Origin: a virus
Lineage: Duplodnaviria > Caudoviricetes
DNA: 39,162 nucleotides
Virus record (IMG/VR): IMGVR_UViG_3300025635_000063
Location: 1-39,162 of that record
Reading direction: 5' to 3' (one strand)
Part shown: positions 34,964-39,162 of the stretch, piece by piece
How positions within the stretch are numbered: position 1 is the first letter of the stretch
Layout: every line of letters begins with the position of its first letter
Made by a program: the position numbers and the translations under genes
The notes under the pieces: generated by a model
Database searches by the model: none
Seen by the model: only the letters and a program-made list of their open reading frames with translations
What the model was told of the DNA's origin: nothing

Positions 34964-35645
34964 ACAGATTAACGAGTTGGCGGCGGCGATTGTGAAGGCG
35001 CAGTTGGCCTTGGTGCCAGCGGTGAAAGATCATGTCAACCCGTTCTTCAAGTCGAAGTATGCGGACTTGCCGAGCGTGTGGGAGTCAGCCATTCCCTTTC
35101 GAGAGAACGGCATTGCGATCACGCAAAGCCCGATGGATGCCCCGGATGAGTACATTGTGCTGGATACGCAACTGACGCATGTCAGCGGCCAATGGATGCG
35201 CTCACGGCTGAAGATCCGTGTGGCGAAGAATGACCCGCAGGGCTATGGTTCGGCGCTCACCTATGCACGGCGGTATGCGCTCGGCTGCATGACCGGCATC
35301 GTGACGGAAGAGGATGACGACGGCAATGCGGCGAGTCATGCCCCGAAAGCGCAAGCGTACACGAACGGCAAGCAGGCGGCGCAAGCGAAGATTGCGGAGT
35401 TGAAGGTTGAGGGGGAGAAAATGCCGATGCCGCCGTCACTCCATGACGATACGCACCCTGCTGAGGGCGCGGCTGATTCCTTTACCTGGCGCATGGGGAA
35501 GTACAAGGGCAAGGCGTTGGCTGAGTTGCCGATTGACTACTTGGCTTGGGCCTGCACCAATATCACGGCAGAGGATCATCGCGTGGCCGCTGCCGATGAG
35601 ATCGACCGCAGGCAGAAACAGGATGTCATGGCGTTTGAGGGGTAA
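34944..35645 (+). CDS. erf: ERF-family single-strand annealing recombinase
   Basis: NPFFKSKYADL, LTHVSGQW, DPQGYGSALTYARRYAL, EEDDDGN; C-terminal GKYKGK..YLAW domain. Confidence 0.9.
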   Translation: MESSQSEQINELAAAIVKAQLALVPAVKDHVNPFFKSKYADLPSVWESAIPFRENGIAITQSPMDAPDEYIVLDTQLTHVSGQWMRSRLKIRVAKNDPQGYGSALTYARRYALGCMTGIVTEEDDDGNAASHAPKAQAYTNGKQAAQAKIAELKVEGEKMPMPPSLHDDTHPAEGAADSFTWRMGKYKGKALAELPIDYLAWACTNITAEDHRVAAADEIDRRQKQDVMAFEG

Positions 35646-35755
35646 TAGCACGGTCGCCAGGCACCGTTGAGCCTGGCATTGAGGCCCCTGTCTGTACGAA
35701 GCAGGGGACGGGGCGGGGCCAGCGAGATACTGGCCTCGCCTGACAGGGAGGAATC

Positions 35756-36139
35756 ATGTGCTGCAAACGCTGTAACGGACTCGTGATTGATCGGTACGGG
35801 CAGAGAAGTTGCTGTAATTGCTCCTGGGACCCTGACCTAGTGCTCATCACCGTGAAGTGTGCCGATGTGGATTGCAGGCAACTCCCAGAACATAACGGCT
35901 ATTGCCTCTCCTGTTGGCATAGTCGCAAGCGGTCAGAGCTGACGGATCAGGAACGCAGTAAACGGTATCGGGATAAGGAACGGATCAAACAACGCAACCG
36001 GCGAGCGAGACTGAAAGGGGCACAGAATGCAGCAAGCCTTCACGATCCCGAACACGAACTACCCCGGCCTGAACGAGATCATCAAGGTGGCGAAGGCGCA
36101 CCCAATGGCCTACAGCAGCCTCAAGAAGCGGTGGGGTGA
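35756..36139 (+). CDS. Cys-rich basic protein
   Basis: GGAGG RBS; CKRC, CCNC, CLSC. Confidence 0.55.
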   Translation: MCCKRCNGLVIDRYGQRSCCNCSWDPDLVLITVKCADVDCRQLPEHNGYCLSCWHSRKRSELTDQERSKRYRDKERIKQRNRRARLKGAQNAASLHDPEHELPRPERDHQGGEGAPNGLQQPQEAVG

Positions 36140-36404
36140 GCTGACACAGCTCTACATTAAGAAGGCCAAGCTCAAGCCAATGGTAGGGCCGGTACAGATT
36201 CACATTACCTGGGTGGAAAAGACGCGGAGGCGAGATCCCGACAACGTGCGGGCAGGTAGCAAGTTCATCCTGGATGCACTGGTGAAGTCGAAGGTGCTCC
36301 CGTGCGACAGTCAGAAAACCATCTGGCAGATTAGCGATAGCTTCTTGGTGCATAAAGAGAACTGGCGGGTGGATGTGCTGATTACGGAGATGGAGGCGTT
36401 ATGA
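36027..36404 (+). CDS. rusA: RusA-like Holliday junction resolvase
   Basis: RRRDPDNV.AGSKFILDALVKSKVLPCDS. Confidence 0.8.
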   Translation: MQQAFTIPNTNYPGLNEIIKVAKAHPMAYSSLKKRWGELTQLYIKKAKLKPMVGPVQIHITWVEKTRRRDPDNVRAGSKFILDALVKSKVLPCDSQKTIWQISDSFLVHKENWRVDVLITEMEAL

Positions 36405-36413
36405 CCGACCTGC

Positions 36414-36881
36414 GTGCGGTGGCCCGCGCATTCTCACTATGGCCCAGAAATCAGAGCCGTGGAGCAACCGAACGGGCCGGATACTGATGAGCTAGTAGTT
36501 GACGACATGACGATTGACGAATACATCGGGAGGGAAGAAATGAACATGAAGCTACAGCGGAATCAACCGTGCGGGTGTATTGTCTGCATGTGTGATGATG
36601 ACGAACGCTGCCACGGTTGCGGGGCAAAACATTGCGGGACGCATCCAGTTGGGCAGATCCCGAACCCTATGACTGAACCAATCCAAGAAGCCGTCTTGAT
36701 CGAGCGCGGGCTGTATGAGCAGGTGGTGGAGGGGTTGAGGCGCATCGCTGAACCGGACCAAGAGCCTTTTATGACAACAACGGATGCTATCAGGGCGCTG
36801 TCAGCTACGCTCAAGATGTTGAACGCAGGACGAGACATCGCCCAACGCCTTCTCGCCCAGCTTACGGAGAAGCAATCATGA
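36414..36881 (+). CDS. Hypothetical protein with Cys cluster (start uncertain)
   Basis: PCGCIVCMCDDDERCHGCGAKHC; ATGA overlap with the next gene. Confidence 0.5.
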   Translation: MRWPAHSHYGPEIRAVEQPNGPDTDELVVDDMTIDEYIGREEMNMKLQRNQPCGCIVCMCDDDERCHGCGAKHCGTHPVGQIPNPMTEPIQEAVLIERGLYEQVVEGLRRIAEPDQEPFMTTTDAIRALSATLKMLNAGRDIAQRLLAQLTEKQS

Positions 36882-37381
36882 GCCTGGTGAAATGGGTCGC
36901 AGAATACTACGAGCGAGCCGAACAGGTGCCACGGGACCGGATCGGAGAGACAGTGGAAACGAAGCCGATCCCCGTTATCCCCCTGGCCGATCTCGCGGAG
37001 GTGGTGGAGGGGGAGCGGGATGAGGCGCAACGTAGCGAGACGCATTGGTTTCAGGTGGCGACCGATGACGGCTCAGCCTTAGCTGAATGTAGGCAACAAC
37101 TCGCCGCCATGACCAGGGAGCGGGATGAGGCGCAGGAGCAGCTTGTTGATGCCGCAACGGAAGCCAATGATGCAGCGGCTTTTAAGGCGCAACTCGCGGC
37201 GCGGGAGGCGGTCATCGAGAGGCTGAAGCGCGATTGCACAGAATTAGTGAACCAACAACAAGCCGCCGTGCAGGAGGTGGGGCGGTTGAGAAGAGCGTTG
37301 GCAATCCTATCTCAGCTCGGCGGGACGCGAAGTGAAGGCAATATGATTGCACAGCGGGCGCTTAATGGGTTAGAAGCATGA
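36878..37381 (+). CDS. Coiled-coil hypothetical protein
   Basis: ERDEAQ repeated twice; heptad pattern. Confidence 0.6.
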   Translation: MSLVKWVAEYYERAEQVPRDRIGETVETKPIPVIPLADLAEVVEGERDEAQRSETHWFQVATDDGSALAECRQQLAAMTRERDEAQEQLVDAATEANDAAAFKAQLAAREAVIERLKRDCTELVNQQQAAVQEVGRLRRALAILSQLGGTRSEGNMIAQRALNGLEA

Positions 37382-37548
37382 CGCTGCACGAACCCATCAC
37401 CCTCACCTACGTCCTCATCTCCGTGCTGGTCCTCGCCTTCAGCGGGGAACTGTTCGATGTGTTCCTGACGAAGCATGAGCGGGACTGTCACCAACGCAAT
37501 GAATGGCTCTTGCGCGATGGCGCACATGGGCCGATACAGGAGTGTTAA
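37378..37548 (+). CDS. 56-aa membrane peptide
   Basis: Manual translation MTLHEPITLTYVLISVLVLAFSG...; ATGA-coupled. Confidence 0.5.
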   Translation: MTLHEPITLTYVLISVLVLAFSGELFDVFLTKHERDCHQRNEWLLRDGAHGPIQEC

Positions 37549-37558
37549 AGGAGGACTT

Positions 37559-37792
37559 ATGGATCTTGCCATGTGGGTACTGGCGTTTCTGGTGACAGGG
37601 TGGGAAGGCAAAGGCGATGGGATCGACATGAAGGCGTACTGGACGCAGGAATCATGTGAGAAGGCATTGGCAATGGTGAAAGACAAGCCGCTCATTCTTG
37701 AAGGGAAACGGTACGAAGGCCGCTCTGCCTGCATTTATGAGCCAGAATGGAACAAGTGGGAGCGAGGGGTGGAGCGGGAGGAGAAGCCATGA
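37559..37792 (+). CDS. Small exported/membrane protein
   Basis: GGAGG RBS; MWVLAFLV...TQESCEKA...SAC. Confidence 0.55.
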   Translation: MDLAMWVLAFLVTGWEGKGDGIDMKAYWTQESCEKALAMVKDKPLILEGKRYEGRSACIYEPEWNKWERGVEREEKP

Positions 37793-37899
37793 GTAGCTTT
37801 TGGCTAGGGTTTCTAACAGGGGTGTGGGTAGGACCGACAGCGGTGGTGCTCGGCTTGTTCTTCTATGCCCAATTCACGCGCTGGCAGGTGCCGAAATGA
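37789..37899 (+). CDS. 36-aa membrane peptide
   Basis: MSSFWLGFLTGVWVGPTAVVLGLFFYAQF...; ATGA overlaps at both ends. Confidence 0.5.
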   Translation: MSSFWLGFLTGVWVGPTAVVLGLFFYAQFTRWQVPK

Positions 37900-38069
37900 G
37901 TGACACTGAACGGCTTGATGATGTGGTGGGCGTCTGTCTTGGGCGGCATATAGTCCATGAGCTGCTTGGCATTGTGCAGTACCCCGCTGGGTACTATGTC
38001 AAGATGTGCCGCGCCTGTTACGAGCGCAACTATCCTGATTATAGCTTTGATGAACTAGAGCAATGTTAG
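37896..38069 (+). CDS. Hypothetical protein
   Basis: Last rightward ORF; converges on the lysis cassette. Confidence 0.5.
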   Translation: MSDTERLDDVVGVCLGRHIVHELLGIVQYPAGYYVKMCRACYERNYPDYSFDELEQC

Positions 38070-38073
38070 CCGA

Positions 38074-38298
38074 TCACCGCGCCTCATCATAGCAAGCACT
38101 GAGCTTCTCCGTCATGCTCTTATAGCAGGTCCGATCGACCGCATAGACCTCAGGCCGCACGGTCCCCGACTGGTCATAAGTGATCGTCGGGGGACAGAAG
38201 TATTGGTTCCCGCTTGAGTGGCTGCACCCCGTCAAGCTCACGATCAACAGCGGCCATAGCATCCTGCGTCTGTTTGAGTTCAAGAGCTGCCAGCGCAT
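38074..38298 (-). CDS. Outer-membrane spanin (Rz1-like lipoprotein)
   Basis: RRRMLWPLLIVSLTGC lipobox; overlaps the 3' part of the Rz-like gene. Confidence 0.75.
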   Translation of the reverse strand: MRWQLLNSNRRRMLWPLLIVSLTGCSHSSGNQYFCPPTITYDQSGTVRPEVYAVDRTCYKSMTEKLSACYDEAR

Positions 38299-38401
38299 TG
38301 CGCTTCTCCCTCCGTGTATTGGTGCGAGATTCCATGAGAGTCAGGATTTGTGGCAAGGCCCCGATCAGCCCCGCCACAATCGCCAGGATCAGCGCGGCCA
38401 T
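38174..38401 (-). CDS. Inner-membrane spanin (Rz-like)
   Basis: MAALILAIVAGLIGAL TM segment followed by a charged helix; AAGGAG RBS. Confidence 0.7.
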   Translation of the reverse strand: MAALILAIVAGLIGALPQILTLMESRTNTRREKRNALAALELKQTQDAMAAVDRELDGVQPLKREPILLSPDDHL

Positions 38402-38402
38402 G

Positions 38403-38618
38403 TTACTCCTTCGGCACCGGCACGGCAATCGGCTGCGGGTGCTGCGAGTTCGAGACGTTGGCATCCTTGCTCGCCATACCTAACGCCGCCAGGAAGGCCG
38501 ACACAAAGGCCACGCCCCAGCCCGCGCCATCGCTCGGCAGGTTCGGCCCCAGCGCCACAAAGTAATTGACGATCCCACCGACAATGCCGATCACCGTTGT
38601 TTTCCAAGACCCGTTCAT
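38403..38618 (-). CDS. Holin
   Basis: SWKTTVIGIVGG...AFLAALGMASKD; two TM segments; AAGGAG RBS; lysis context. Confidence 0.7.
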   Translation of the reverse strand: MNGSWKTTVIGIVGGIVNYFVALGPNLPSDGAGWGVAFVSAFLAALGMASKDANVSNSQHPQPIAVPVPKE

Positions 38619-38631
38619 GTTCGCTCCTTGG

Positions 38632-38898
38632 TTAGTGTCCATTCGTATACGACATCCTCTCTATCGCTCTGAGTCGGTTTTCTTGGTCGTCGGTACGCTT
38701 CTCCAGCTCGGCAGTGCGGGGGATGAGTGACGCACGCTCATTGAGAGTAAGGCGGATGTCGTTAAGATCTCGCTCGATTGCGCTAGACCATAACCCAACA
38801 ACCAGCCCGCACAGAGCAATGATAAGCCCACAAGCACCAAGGAAGGGCCGACTGAAGAGGGCGTTGATCTCGTCTTTCTGGTTCTCATGTCCAGGCAT
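38632..38898 (-). CDS. Single-TM coiled-coil protein (holin/antiholin-like)
   Basis: FLGACGLIIALCGLVVGLW, then coiled coil ...ENRLRAIE. Confidence 0.55.
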   Translation of the reverse strand: MPGHENQKDEINALFSRPFLGACGLIIALCGLVVGLWSSAIERDLNDIRLTLNERASLIPRTAELEKRTDDQENRLRAIERMSYTNGH

Positions 38899-38937
38899 TC
38901 CGTTGACACCATCGCTCCTTTCTCGGCAATAGCGCCG

Positions 38938-39039
38938 TCATCGCTTGTTCTTCTTCGGGCATGTAAAGGAGATATGTCGATATACCTCATCATGTTTCAA
39001 CGGTGCTCCACAGTGGGGGCATTGATAGGTTTTCGCCAT
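38938..39039 (-). CDS. 33-aa C2HC zinc-finger peptide
   Basis: MAKTYQCPHCGAPLKHDEVYRHISFTCPKKNKR; TAATG overlap with the endolysin stop. Confidence 0.5.
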   Translation of the reverse strand: MAKTYQCPHCGAPLKHDEVYRHISFTCPKKNKR

Positions 39040-39161
39040 TAGATGACCGCACTCCCTTGCATGAGCGCAGCCAGTTCCCGCGCCCGCTTCTTGACCTGCT
39101 TGGCCCAAAGCGAATCCAACATCTCTACCGCCGCCGTCTCATACTCGCCACGCTCCACCGC
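39039..39161 (-). CDS. Endolysin, T4-lysozyme-like (GH24), C-terminal fragment
   Basis: ...YETAAVEMLDSLWAKQVKKRARELAALMQG resembles the T4 lysozyme C-terminus; truncated by the window end. Confidence 0.8.
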   Translation of the reverse strand, partial: AVERGEYETAAVEMLDSLWAKQVKKRARELAALMQGSAVI

Positions 39162-39162
39162 C

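Noticed and set aside
38661-38993. 110-aa alternative-frame ORF in the lysis region
   Set aside because: Overlaps the better-formed TM/coiled-coil ORF 38632-38898 and the zinc-finger peptide
1-39162. Direct circular closure of the window ends; tRNA, integrase or tape-measure genes
   Set aside because: The two ends lie in different genes (FN3 protein and endolysin), so sequence is missing; no tRNA cloverleaf, recombinase motif or tape-measure-length gene was recognised

Overview
The window is most of the genome of a tailed dsDNA phage, probably P22/podovirus-like, infecting a Gram-negative host. Both window ends cut genes. The minus strand (about 27.4 kb down to 1) carries the late operon: terS, small ORFs, terL, portal, scaffold, major capsid, head-tail proteins, ejection proteins and a tail fibre. 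The plus strand (27.6-38.1 kb) carries early genes: HNH nucleases, a replication initiator with an internal iteron origin, a DNA methyltransferase, Erf and RusA. A minus-strand lysis cassette (partial endolysin, holin, overlapping spanins) lies at the right end. No integrase, tape-measure or sheath gene is visible. Unusual elements: (1) four consecutive tail-locus genes that all begin with Sec-type signal peptides; (2) a five-enzyme glycosyltransferase/sugar-methyltransferase set embedded among head genes, suggesting virion glycosylation; (3) a heme-oxygenase-like diiron enzyme among the ejection genes; (4) a dif-like XerC/D site next to terS; (5) two parallel sigma54-type promoters with enhancer-like repeats; (6) a three-hairpin terminator leader with loop-loop complementarity before the replication initiator. 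All functional calls come from motif recognition by eye; no searches were run.
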